NCBI GenBank assembly: GCA_009103225.1
Contig: RHPI01002048.1
Coordinates: forward strand, 757,036-821,035
Reading direction: 5' to 3'
DNA length: 64,000 nucleotides
Source: Chlorokybus atmophyticus
Taxonomy: Eukaryota; Plantae; Mesostigma and Chlorokybus algae
Each line of letters starts with the position of its first letter. Positions within the stretch are counted from its first letter, which is position 1. Positions 28,338 through 41,107 of this stretch are shown here, piece by piece. The notes beneath the pieces are model-generated. The model was given only the letters and a program-made list of their open reading frames with translations. It was not told the DNA's origin and searched no databases. The translations under genes and the position numbers were made by a program.

Positions 28338-30912
28338 TCACGCATGCGTAGTGCGCGGCGGGTGCTCGTTGCCCAAATGTGGTGGGACTTGTCCACCCTC
28401 AGTCCGTCCATAAGTATGAGTTGAGCGTCGCTTTTTCCACTCCGACTCCGCTTCCTTTCTTCGCTCTTCTCTGTCAACGGTAATGACAACCAGCAATCTC
28501 CTGATGGCTTCATAAGACATGAGGAAGATTGCTGAAGCGGGTATCTGTTGACGAGTATCGGTCAGTAACTGCAGTGCAGTGCAAACCAATCGAAAGCACG
28601 GGCCATAAAGGTGTCCAAAGCAGGTTGTCACATGCAATCACTGACCTTGTACAGCAACCTAGGAGCAATGCCACGTGTAAATGCCAGTGCACCCTGTTGA
28701 GGCATTGATAACAAAGCATAAAGACAACAGTTTGTGGCATAGTGCACACACACAAAACGGGCATGCAGACACAAAACAATCGCAAACACACCGCCACACA
28801 CCAACATACCCCCACGTGCACACGCACAGGCACGCATATGCACATGCACAAAGACACCGCCTTGAAGTTGGCAGCTGTAAACACGCACTACGCACCTCCT
28901 CAGTCCAGATGCGTGCTGCTGTGTGCCGCATGCCTCTGTAGGCTACTGGCATCCCAGGTAGCGGTGTCGGCTGCGTCATCAACCGTGTTTTAACCACGTC
29001 CAGCGGCGTTGTTAAGGCAGATGCCACTCCACCCGCAACCTGCAGGATAACTTTCAGCTTGATTTCGTTCACAGTTTGTTAACAAATAACTGCACTCTAC
29101 TACACGGTATGCACTCACCGCGCCGCGCCAGAGTCCAGTCAGTAGATGACCCGTTGATTGCTGAGATTCCTCACTGCGGGATCGTTTCAGGGCTTCAAAT
29201 ACGGCAAATTGGAGCATGGCATATGGAACATCGCGCACGAGTTGTGCTGTGTAGCCGCGATAAAACCCTTTGAGGCCTTCCCTTTGCGCAGTAACGTACA
29301 TGGCCTGTAACATGCTGTAGACAGGGATGGGTTGAAAAACTGCGTGCCATGCACCCAGTGTTGGGCTGTTCAAGGGGACTGTGCTACTTGGCAACTTACT
29401 TGGTGTGATGCCCCATCTGAACCCGCTGCTTGAGCAGCTCTGGTGGCACGCGCACTCCACTTGCAACAACATTACCTGCGAATTTGTCAACATCAAGCCC
29501 TTGACACCGTGAGCAAACGCACTTGCGCGTGAAGTCACTGGAAAAGACAAGAGCACTGGACAGGACAATACCAAGCACTCAAACACACCATTGAGTACCG
29601 AGCGCTGCAGCTATTGCTGGCGAAAATGGTGCAAACGCCGACGGGGCATTTTTCAAGGAGCTCTTGAAAAACTCATATGATGTGAAGAACACAGCTGAAG
29701 CAGGAGCTGATGTGGCGACGGAGCCAACGAGCCCTGAGTACAGCCCGAGAAAGCCTTGCTTCTTTACAACGTCACTTAAGCAGGTGCACAGCGCTGGAAG
29801 CGCTCTCAGGTCGGGTGATGTTGAAGCCTGCACGTCATAAAGATGTGGTCACCAGCCGTGCATTCATAACTGTCAGGCTGTGACTTGTTCCCTTACTGTT
29901 CAAGCAATGGTGCCCGAGTAAGTCGGCAAATACTGGTTATATAACCCCAACTCGTACCTGCAGAAGCGTCTTGGCTGTGTCAAAGGGCTGAAGTTGCAGC
30001 TTCGTAATCAAGGACGCAGCGGCGCCAGCAATAAAGCTATCTGACCAATGGCCTTTCCGCTGGTGCTTTGACGCAGCGCACAAGATTAGCTTTGTAGTGT
30101 GGCTCCGCTGTTGTTGTTTTGGCCATTGTGGTCGGCATGTCCGCTTGCACTTGCCTGCTGAGTGCCATTCAAACAGGTGTGCGAGTCTGACACAGTTATA
30201 CCAGACTGACATACAACAGCAATCGTAGCAAACCCACCGGTCGGACAGCACTGTTCTTAGCAATAGCAACTGAATGAGGACGTTGTCTGGTGGCAGCATG
30301 CGATGAAGCTACCACACATCAACGAGGGAAGCGCCAATGAAAGAGCTCACATGGCGGCGGTCAATGAGTTCGCATAATGCTTGATAACAACTGTTGGCTT
30401 ACAAACACCACCTGACTGGTCCTAGCTGCATGCACGACAAACAGACAGTCATTGCTGCGCAAGTCAATGCTCATTGTCATTGCTACTTGTTGTTACTTGA
30501 GAGACCGCAGCGATGACGCGCAATGCAAGGTTGGTGGTGCTGTACACTGCACAGTTCGAGCAAATGCATGGCCAGTGAACTGCTAAGAAGGGCGTTTATG
30601 CAGCGTTTAAGCAACAGGGAGATTGGCTGAGCTTTTGCACTTTGGCTGATAAGGACAGCTCGTCCAAAACGCATGCAAGGAGCAGCTGCCAGCAAAGCCC
30701 TCACCAGGTCGCTTGGTCGCCAACCGCCAGGCCTCCTGCATTCGCCATGCACAAACCACTGATAGCGCATGCTGCTGCCTTCCCCTGCGCGTGGCCCCGT
30801 TGGCTTCTGCGCTATAACCCCAACCGTCCGACTGCGGTGGCAACAACAAGCAGCAGGCGCTTAAGCACCCCGCCGTCGCCTCCGCCGCCGCCGTCGCCGC
30901 TTCATTCCGCAT
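28338..30912 (-). CDS. Mitochondrial carrier family (SLC25, SAM-carrier-like) protein; start uncertain
   Basis: Three PX[D/E]XX[K/R] signatures: QPFDTAKTLLQ, VPPELLKQRVQ, TPLDVVKTRLM; GFYRGYTAQLVRDVPY. Confidence 0.88.
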
Positions 30913-30976
30913 GGCAGAACACATCCGCTACTGTGCTTAACTTGCTGAAGCTTGTTTAGGACACGCTTGTGACCGC

Positions 30977-33833
30977 ATGGGCGGTGGCGGCGGCGGCGGC
31001 GATGTTCAGCGCGAGGCGAGGAGGCTAAGGAGGGAGAAGGCAGTGGCTGGTGGGGGAGGGTTGATGGAGGAGGGTGCTGGTACCGCTCCGCCTGGTGGTC
31101 AAGCAGCAGCAGCAGCCTCCTCAGCGCCCCCTGAGCCCGTAGAGTGGCCTGGCACCAAGCGCTTGACCAGGCAGTGGGTGGAGGACTTTGCCAAACGGCT
31201 GCTGGACGCTTCTTGGCGACCGCCTCAGGAGCTGCCACGAGTGCTCCACCCGTCCACACTGTCCGACATCCTCGTCAACGCCGCTAGAGTTCTTGCTGTG
31301 GAGCCCACCGTCATTGATGTGAGCTTGGTTGTTTTGTTATAAACGGAGGCCTTACGTTTCTTAATTGTGTGCAACTACTGCGTTGGTGCGACATTGCCAT
31401 GCGACGAAAGAATGGGTAATGATTGTGTTGCCTGCAAATGTGTCTTCTTGCAAGGCAGTTGCGTATATTGTTGCAAGAAGGTCCAGGTAAAGACTGTTGT
31501 GGTCAGGGGTTGTTTGTGTCCAATCCGTTGATACATTTAACATTTTTAACAATTTGACACAACTTCTCTAGCGATGTCGTGGGTCAATAGTTCACAATGT
31601 GTACTGTGGTATTACCTCCTTTCCAATCATCACATTCTGCACCTGCATCAACAAAAGGGGGACAACACAGTTTGCTTACACAAGTTAGGGGCCTAGCAGA
31701 GTTCTGATGACTTGTCAGCGAGTCTTCACAGGCGGACATCAATGTCAAAGTTAGCCCGAGCTTTTACTATAATTGCATGTTTATCAGCCTTGCAAACATT
31801 GCAAACATGGCGCGAGCAGGTACATGTAGACCATCCGGACGTGAGAGTTGTTGTGGTGGGGGACTTGCATGGCCAGGCAAGTCAACTGTGCGCATGCGTG
31901 AACAGTATAGTGCAAAGGGCTTGTCTTTTGCTGAGCTTGGGTTGTGTTCTACAGTATGCAGACGTGCTGCGGCTGCTAGAGTTGGCCGGCCCTCCTGAGG
32001 CCAAACGTCAGATGTTTGTCTTCAACGGAGGTTTGTAAGTTGTTATTTACACTCGGTATTATCAAGCATTTAATAAAACATGCAGATTGTTAACCCATAT
32101 TCCGGCGGCTACAGATTATGTCGATCGAGGTGCTTGGGGCCTTGAAACCTACACCATCCTGCTGTGCTACAAGCTGTTGCATCCGAAAGAGGTGTACATG
32201 TTGAGAGGAAATCACGAAACAGCTTATTGCAGCTCCGTGTACGGCTTCAAAGGGGAGCTGGAAGCCAAGTATGGTGCTCAAGCAAACGGACTGTTCCGCA
32301 AGTTTTTGGTATTACTATGCGAATTCGAAAACAGTGCTCTATCGTATTGGGATGACATGTGCATTGAGTGAGTAACAATGCATTGCGCTGCAGAAATGCT
32401 TCGCATCACATCCGCTCGCTGCTGTCATTGCAAAGACAGTGTTCGTAGCACACGGCGGCTTGTTCCGCAAACCTTTGCCGCATCAGAAGAAAAAGGGAAG
32501 GCTACGCAGGAAGCGCACCACATGTAAGCATTGCAGTTCCCAGAAGTCTTTTTCCTTTTGATTGAGTTGGTCTTTGCTGTAGCATTCGACCAGCTGCTTC
32601 CTCTGATTGGTACTTGGTTTTAGACGCGGATTCATCACTCGGACCGCTTGCGGTTGGGACCATCGCTGAGCTGCGCCGAGCTGGCAAGGGCGGTCTGGAC
32701 CCTACAGGAGAGGGCAACTCAACGCTGGCTTCAGATGTTCTCTGGAGCGATCCCACACAGAGGAACTCCCTGCAGTTTAATGACCAGCGTGGCCTCGGCC
32801 TGTTGTGAGTATGTCGTGGTCTGCTGTCAGTGTTCAGTGGGCGGTCCGTTAACTGTCCGAGCGATCAGTGCCAGCGCCATGTTGAAACTTCTGCTGGTGC
32901 AGACGAGACTGCAGTTGTGTCAGTGGTGTGCATGCGGTTGGTGTGACATGTGTAAACATTGAGATGTATCGTCCGAGTACTGTGCGTCCTGTGACACGCG
33001 CAGCGCTGATCAGTGGCGGAAACTTAGGCATTGCTACATGGCACATGAGTTAAAAATTGTCATAAGCACATTGTCAACCTCAAGCTGCGTGTGTAGCATG
33101 CCGGGTCTGTGACTGTACCCGTCCTAGCTCACACAACACATTGTGCCATTACTTGTTAACTCTACGCATTCAACACGTGTTCGTTGACAGGTATGGGCCG
33201 GACAGCACACAACGCTTCTTACAGGAGAACGGCCTGCGTCTTGTGATTAGGTCACACGAGGTGTGTGCCTCACTTTTGTGCATGCCGGTTTGCTCTTGGC
33301 ACACGGTTGATTTTATTACAACATCCGGCAGGGTCCTGATGCAAGGGACAAGAGGTCTGACATGGGGCCGATGGATGTGGGGTACACCATCGATCACTCC
33401 GTGCAGGCAGGGCAACTCATCACAGTATTCTCTGCACCAGACTATCCTCAGTTTCAGGTTGGTTTTGCAATGTTAACGAGTGTGCACAAAATCTGAAGCG
33501 TGTAACGTCTGTTTGCCAATATGCCGTGTTGCAACTGGTGCTGTGCAGGAAAGTGAGGACCGATACAATAATCGTGCTGCATATGCTATTCTCACTGGGC
33601 CAGACTACGCGGTTCCAAGGATAGAGCAGTTTAGTGCTGTACTGCCGCGACCAAAGGTACAATCGGCTGCAAAGCCTTGTGGTTGATTCTGTGTGCTGAA
33701 CTGACTCTGTCCGTAGGTCAAGCCCTATTACGACTTTGTTAATGTGGCGGACTCTGATGATGAGTTGAACTTTGAAGCCATGGCTTCAGGCAGTGAGGCT
33801 GAAGAGGGTGCAACAGGCACGCTACTGGAATAG
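30977..33833 (+). CDS. PP7: Ser/Thr protein phosphatase 7 (plant PP7-type)
   Basis: GDLHGQ, GDYVDRG, RGNHE, LVIRSHE, FSAPDYPQFQ, PYYDFVNVADSDDE; N-terminal WPGTKRLTRQWV. Confidence 0.92.
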
Positions 33834-35580
33834 ACAGACGGCAGTGGATGCAGTTGCCTTCATGATCCAGAGTCTGCAGTACCTCTGCGATGTATATTGA
33901 GGTTCATATCAGCGTGCAGCGGCTCAAGTAATCTGCAAAGCAAATCTACGCGTGATACTGCAGCTTTCCGGACCTCTAGCAGCTGATCATCTCACAGCCG
34001 ACCCAACAGTTGCACCGGATGGAGAGCATCGTGCTTCACCAGAGCCACAAGAGCACATTGTTCGCGAACATGGAGGTTGTGTCTTGTCATATTTAACGGC
34101 AGTCTCAGTGTCCGTGCCTACCTGCACTAGTCACCCACACGTATGGTTGTTGCCTTGCTGCGCCCCGCTGTGCTTGCTAGCATGAGTTTGCAAACCGATG
34201 TCTTAGTGTGCTTCGCAAAACTTCGATGCTTTGTGGCGTGCACGCCACAAAACCGCATTGCTTTCATTATACATTGCACACAACAGCACAAAGAAGCGGC
34301 CTTGCAACGCACGGTCACGACGCACGCATGCATGACAATCCAGCAGAGCTAGCATGCATTCGTTGGCACATAACTAGAGTCATTGTATGTGTTATAGTAA
34401 ACCATAATAATACACTCTATGCCAAGCGCACAAACGCAACGAGAACACCATTGTATGGCAGAAAAACTGGGTTACTTGGGTTTCCACTTGAACACCTGTT
34501 GTCTTGCCAACAAGTGTACAACTGCACATGGCTGACTTACGACTGACTAGCAAGGTACGAGTGACAACTCCACCATTGAAGATCTTTCCCGTCTCCGTTG
34601 CGCTTGACAAGCTTCCCGCTCTTCTTTGCGCCGCCATTTGCTGCGTGCCGAGCTCCAACCATAATACCAGCAGTCTCCGCCCAAGCAGTTCGCCTGTTGG
34701 CGGCGCTTAGCCTTCCTCCGCCATGTCGTGCAGACCGGTGCAGTGTCTCAAAGTGCACCATTGCAGTCAACTTATGCTTGTATTCATGGGTGCGAACTGG
34801 TTATAAGAATCACCCGTCAGTCATTCATTTATTGAACGTCCATCACCTAACAAATGCCAATGAACTCTGCGAAGTAGCATACTATCTCTTATGCGCACCA
34901 CTGCACAAACTATAGACAGTAATACAATGTTGACAATATTGTGTGGCCAGCTTGCAGTCATCACTGCAGTATAATCCTGCTTTACAAATTACGAACACAG
35001 CATGAGTTGAACAGTGCAGCAACCACATTCATCGATGGCGCAGGAAACCAGCTTGCAATGCGCTGCATTTACTGTGACAATGCAATAACACCTTTGTACA
35101 TGATGCTAAAACTTCAAGAGCAGCGCTGCACTCGCTCTTTGTGCGCAAACTCATGTGTAGACAATGAGACTAGTAGTCATCTACTAGGCTGCGCCACAAA
35201 TGCACACACATGCGCGTGCATTTGCACACCACAATAAGCCAGCAAGCAGGACAACACAATTCCTACCTACGTATCAGAGGGCTGGCTGGAGGCCTTATGC
35301 AAAAGTGCACGCAGTTACCGCAGGGGCAGTGTTGACTAACTGACAACAAGTTATGACGCTGACACAGCAGCAGGATATGCAGGTGATGACGCTGGAGTAC
35401 ACCCTGCATGGCAGCATACTTGTACACACCAGAAGTTCATAAATGTGACGAGCAGGCTGTTAATGACAATGCCAGCACTGTACAAGCAATGTTGACTCTG
35501 CAGAGTCAGCTAGATGGTAAACTCTACAGACTTTACAAAGAATGGCCCAATCCTAGGTAGCTGCTGCCCATCAGCACCAA

Positions 35581-37903
35581 TCAACGATAAGCTAACACTG
35601 TTGGGGATGGCATTGAACTAGAATGCATCTGCGTAGCACGTGCTTTGATGGCCGTCGCTCGCTGGAAGAACTGTTCTCGCGACATACTACGCACAGTCTT
35701 CAGATACCAGTCTGGTTCTATACGACCCTGCTGCAAAGCTCTGCAAACGCAGAGAGTCAGCTGAATCTGTAGGGGGTATGCGATAAAAATCAAGACAGAA
35801 GCCCAACCCTTCGCAAGCACAACATACCTGTCAAGTGCATAGACTACATCATCAACCGCCAAATCCTCTGCACAAGCATCCAGCACCTGCAACCCAAGCA
35901 GTGCAACATGAGCGTGATTGCCATCTCACTGCTTCAGACCCTACTGAAGAACTCGCAATATTCATGCAAGCAACAAGTGCGAATGCATATGAGGAGCCAA
36001 GCTGGCCAGATAAATACCTGCTTAGAAAGCGGGTCTGCAGGCACAAACACATCATCTACAGCCACATCTTCGGGTCGGCGATCATGGGCAAGCATCCACA
36101 TCTCAATGTCTGATGTGCTGGCTTTGAATGACTGAAGGGCCTTTTCAAGCCGTTCCTTCTCAAGCCGCAAGTCTTTGATGCCCTGCTCCAGCGACGCAGT
36201 TCTACTGGCAAGTGTCTGCATATGCAACACAGTACGCTGAGTATACTGCAACTACCAGCGACAGATGTCATGGATGACGCGCACCAACTGCCACACCTGC
36301 GAACTGCATATGCACAACTTACCTGCTTTGTTTCTGTGATAGATCGCAGCTCGTTGGCCGCCAGCTGTTCCCACTCTTGCAACACAAGTCGCAGCTTGCG
36401 ATCCAGGGCAACCACAGCGCGCCTTTTGAAAACTTCTTTGGGGTCCTCTCGAGGTGGTGGCGTAGGCGGCTTGATCTCTGGCCGGGTGGGTATGGGTATG
36501 GAAGGTTGAGCAACTGGTTGGGCACCATAACTGCCTTGTGGCAGAGAAAAGGGTGGCGGATTGGCACCCCAACCTGGAGGATAAGCCTGCAAGTCATCCC
36601 AAGATAGCATCAGTCAGAACCGTTATGGATCCACGTGACCACTGATAGACCATGTGACAATCTACAGCACCACATGGCCTTCAGTGCAGACAACACCAAC
36701 GATGGCATGCAGCATTTCAACGCAATGCATAAATAAACACCAAGACTTGATACTCCCAATAAGTGCCTGAACACCCGACCTGCATGGGTGACTCTACGCG
36801 AGCTGAGGTGGAGGCGGAGGGCACAGGTGGTGGGGGAGGCTCTGGTCGCGGCATCGGGTAAGCAACATATGGTGGTGGGGGAGGCGGTGGTGTGCTTGGC
36901 TGCGGTTGTTGCATAGTAGGTCGTGCAAATAGTGGCGGGTCCTATTGCAAGCAAGCGCGGCTATCAACTAGCCAGACACACCACTGATCACTGGCCATGC
37001 ACCTGCATTGCAAGCTTCCTACCTGTCCAAACATAATTGACAACATGTGCCCAAGATCCAGGAGGTTGCTGCGTGGCGCCATCCATTCTCTCAGGTAGGG
37101 CACATTACAACAAACACCACTGGCATCGACAAAGCTGTGACGCGGCTTGATGGTCATGTCAGGGGTGGGAGTGACAAACACCTAGGAGACAATGTTGTTG
37201 ATTACACATATTGGTGAAATAACTCCCTAACATGTACTTAAACTGTGATTTTGCATGGCACAGATACCTACCAATGGTGGAATGCGAGGAAAGCCCTCGG
37301 GTAGCCAGAACACAATCGGCACGTTGTACTTCACGTTGTGGTAGTACATCGGGACAGTGCCCTCAGCCTGAAGTGCATGCAACATGAGAATGGTCAGGGG
37401 ACGCCAGTGCATGTCAACCACGGCTACGCTATGCGTAGGTGCAACATGCACGCATGTGTTGAGGTAACACATGCTGCCGCATGCACCGTCCTTACCACAA
37501 GTGTAAGTATTAGAATCAACATTAAGCATCACTCAAGCCCCACCAAACCAACCTACCCACCACAACGAGTGCAATTTCGAAGTCACAACAGAGGCAACCA
37601 AAGCAGCGGTTCGCCATACAAATTCAAGCTTAAGTATTACCATATTTTTACAAAGGCGACACTTGCCACGTCAACGACAGCACTACTTCAAGCATGCTTT
37701 ACCTTGAGAAGAAGCTGTTGACGGCCATCATTGGACACAAACACTCCGGTTCTAAGGGACAACCCAGGGAACTCAGCGATGGTGTCCAGCAGCTGCTGGC
37801 GCACAGCGTACTTGTCCCTGGCCTCGTAGGGCAGGGCGGCGGCGCCAGTGGCGGAGAGCGCGCTGTTCAGAAACGACGCCGCCAATCCCCCGACGTCCGC
37901 CAT
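35581..37903 (-). CDS. VPS23: ESCRT-I subunit VPS23/TSG101 (ELC)
   Basis: UEV domain (AEGTVPMYYHNVKYNVPIVFWLPEGFP, FVTPTPDMTIKPRHSFVDASG), proline-rich linker, coiled coil, steadiness box YLKTVRSMSREQFFQRA. Confidence 0.93.
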
Positions 37904-38555
37904 GCGCCTGCCCGCCGCCTGCAAGCCCTGCAGCGCCAGAGCGGCTGCCGCCAACAACCCCGCAAGCAGCCCCAAGGACACCCAACCTCCGCCGCCGCCG
38001 CCGCCTCCTACTTTGCAAGGCATCCAGCGCAAGGCATCAAGCCGCAGCAATAACCGCCCTGACACTGCAGTAAGACCAACACGGCAACAACACCGATCAC
38101 CAGGACGACAACCAGGATAACCACGGCGACGCCAACGAGCTGGATTAGGGTTTGCTAAAGTGCTGCCATGTGGCAATTAACTCAACAGCCTTAACTCCAC
38201 CGTCAAGCGTGCTGAATGTCTTAACAATTACGTTAAGCCTTGTAGACGTTAAGACATTAGGATGGTCGGAAGTTAAGACCTTCTGAATGTCATGAAGGCT
38301 AGGGCTAGTGTGGCATTTGAGAAAGCAGTGCTCTCTGCGAATTTGCGGCGGCGGCGGCGGCGGTTGTGGCGGACCACGACGCTGGTGGTGTGTTGGCAGG
38401 AAGAGCCGACTGTTGTGGTGACGAGTATGTTGCTATGCATGGTGGTAGTTCTTGCATACTGCGAGTAGTAGGCCTGTCCAGCTGGTTGCTGACAAGGTGA
38501 GGTGCGGGAGGGTTGGACGAACAGCCGGACACTGCGTGTAACATGTGTGTCCGCT

Positions 38556-39695
38556 ATGGCCTGGAGCTTTGTCAAGCGCATGGCTTTTCTCACGCCCATA
38601 TGCATGTTTTTGAACGACACCGTGGCATCCATGAAGGTGAGCGAACATGCGCGCCATTGTGCTGAACGGGTGTACATTGACTCGCAGCTTGCAATATGAA
38701 AACTATGCCACATAGCATGTTTCATGCGCCGTTTTGGCTCTGTTGAGCTTTTGCAACCAACAGCAGTTGTACAAAAGCTATTTGGTTGGCAATCCTTCTG
38801 TTGTGCGTGCGCATGTTTTGGTGCTGCCTCAATTGCTTGTCGACCAGTCTTCGAGGTATTGCTTGTTTGCTTCGTGTACCTGAATGTCAAGGCATTCCCA
38901 CATGTGTTGAAGCACAGTCTGCACCATAGGTTTTAAGGTTGTTTAAGCGTTACTTGTATCTGAGGCTGTGCACCTTCTCTCTCTTGCCTAATACACAAGC
39001 GCTCTGCAGGGTATTACAGGTCGCAGCATGCAACCAACACTGAATCCTCCAGATGCTCAGCAGCCTGATCGCGTGCTGCTGGAGCGGTTATCGGCACGCG
39101 CTTGCCAGTACAGACGCGGGGATGTGATTGTGCTCAGGTATGCAATAGATCAGTACTTGGTCGAGGTTGCTGGCTTTGGCAAGGTGCGGACTTGCTCGCA
39201 GAAAGTCACCGCCTGCTGCTGTAGCAGTACATCATCTCTGACTGCTGTTTCGACTGCTTCAGGTCGCCTGAAGAGCCACACTTGACACTCGTCAAGCGCA
39301 TGATTGCACTGGAAGGCGACTGGGTGACGCTGCCAGGCAGGGGTGATATCGAGCAAGTGCCAAAAGGCCATTGCTGGGTTGAAGGAGACAATGCTGCAAA
39401 CAGCTCAGATTCAAATCATTATGGACCGGTGAGGACACGTCAGAGGGCCTGCAAGACATTTGATTGCATGCGCTACACTTGCAAGTCAAGGTTTAAGTTG
39501 AACACTTGCTTGTAAGCATGACGTGAAAGCATTTGCTGACATCCACCTGTACGCTAGGTGCCATTGGCGCTGATCGAGGGTCGAGTGACGCACATCATTT
39601 GGCCTTTGGATCGGATTGGCAGGATCGAAAGTAAGGTGCCTGAGGGGCGCGTATTGGTTCAAAGTAATACGCGCACCTGGCATAGACGATATTGA
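38556..39695 (+). CDS. IMP2: Mitochondrial inner membrane peptidase subunit 2 (S26)
   Basis: [10 protein letters not shown] (catalytic Ser), [20 protein letters not shown] (Lys), [36 protein letters not shown]. Confidence 0.9.
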
Positions 39696-40072
39696 TGCAC
39701 AACTGTCAAGGTATACGCATGTGCACATAGCTACCACTCACTCACAGTCACATAGGACTGCTTTGTTGTGCAGTACGTAACTACTACTTTAAGGGGTAGC
39801 CATAGTTACGCAGCTGTCACAGCACTCTTGTACATACAGATTGCTTAGCCATTACGACTATTCAGGCTTTACCGCTAACGCACCAGAGGTTGTGTAATGA
39901 TGAAGGTACAACAATATGCGAATCACAATGTTGTCTGCCATTCAGGACGTTTGCCAATCCTGATTTGGAATCAACTGCATGACACATGCAAGTGTGCAGC
40001 AGACCATAGTGTGGCATGTGCACACAGAGCCCGTGTGGGCAGGTAATGCACTACTCATATGTATGTATGCAG

Positions 40073-40331
40073 ATCTAACGGGGAGGTCTAGACTAGTGTA
40101 GCGTAGTGAGGTTGGAACAAACAGTGTGTATAGCCCGGAGGTTGTGTTAGCGTAGTGAGGTTGGAACAAACAGTGTGTACAAAAGATGCAAGCTGCATCA
40201 CGCGCATGCACAGCACACAGCATGCATAGCAAACACCCACATACTCACTCAGCACACCGCATTTATGTTTACACTTCACACCACCGGGCTATCTACTCTC
40301 CTACGTACTTACTACTATTACCCCGTTAGAC
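40073..40331. mobile_element. Decayed MITE with (G/A)TCTAACGGGG...CCCCGTTAGAC termini
   Basis: Inverted termini at 40073-40083 and 40321-40331; flanks TGTATGCAG/CACATGCAG; a second right end at 40701-40711. Confidence 0.55.
40099..40179. repeat. Perfect 32-bp direct repeat x2 (period 49)
   Basis: TAGCGTAGTGAGGTTGGAACAAACAGTGTGTA at 40099-40130 and 40148-40179. Confidence 0.95.
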
Positions 40332-41107
40332 CACATGCAGCGCATGCATGGCAAATGACAGTCACAGTTTTTACCTGCACGCATTTGCAGCTAGTTTGTA
40401 TAGCCCGGAGGTTGTGTTACAATGTGCTTGCATGCTGTTTGGCATGCTGTATGTGATGTCATGCATGTCTACAACTACTGGCAGCATATCCTGTACAAAG
40501 CGATCCACCAGTGCAATATGATTGCATGCAGGCTGTGCTATGGCTTGAGCCTCGTGTACATACAATGTGGCGTATGTATGCTTATGCAAAGAACATGCAA
40601 GTGTAGGCAACATGCAGCATGCAAGCAGTCATTGTTGTTCAAGAATCTACAACCGGGGTAACCTGTTCTAACTTCACTACCAACGCTACTTACACCACCA
40701 CCCCGTTAGACATGCAAGCATGTATAATATCTGCGAATTACCTGTACAATATACAAGTCTGCAGCAAGTGCGCATGTAAAAAACAGGCCTTGAGCATGTG
40801 TGATACAGCCCCGTACAAACAGTGTACACCAGAGAGCAGCACGGGGCTTGCGGAACTTGCTGCACGGGCTGTGTTCCCATCTACTAGCCTAACACTGGCC
40901 TGGCCATGCCTCCAACCATGCGCAAGTAACTTACGGTACGACCTGGTGTGCTAGGCCAATGTGATGTAGCTGTGTGTACATGCGCTAACAGGGCTGCGAC
41001 ATGTCACATCATGATGGGGATATAGAATACATAATGAGGGCAGACTCACACGCTGCACGCCGCTGAAATCTAACACTAACGCTGCAATTGCCCTGCCTTC
41101 AACTACC

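Noticed and set aside
40099-40179. CRISPR-like 32-bp direct repeats
   Set aside because: Only two copies with a 17-bp spacer, inside a MITE, in a eukaryote with no cas genes.
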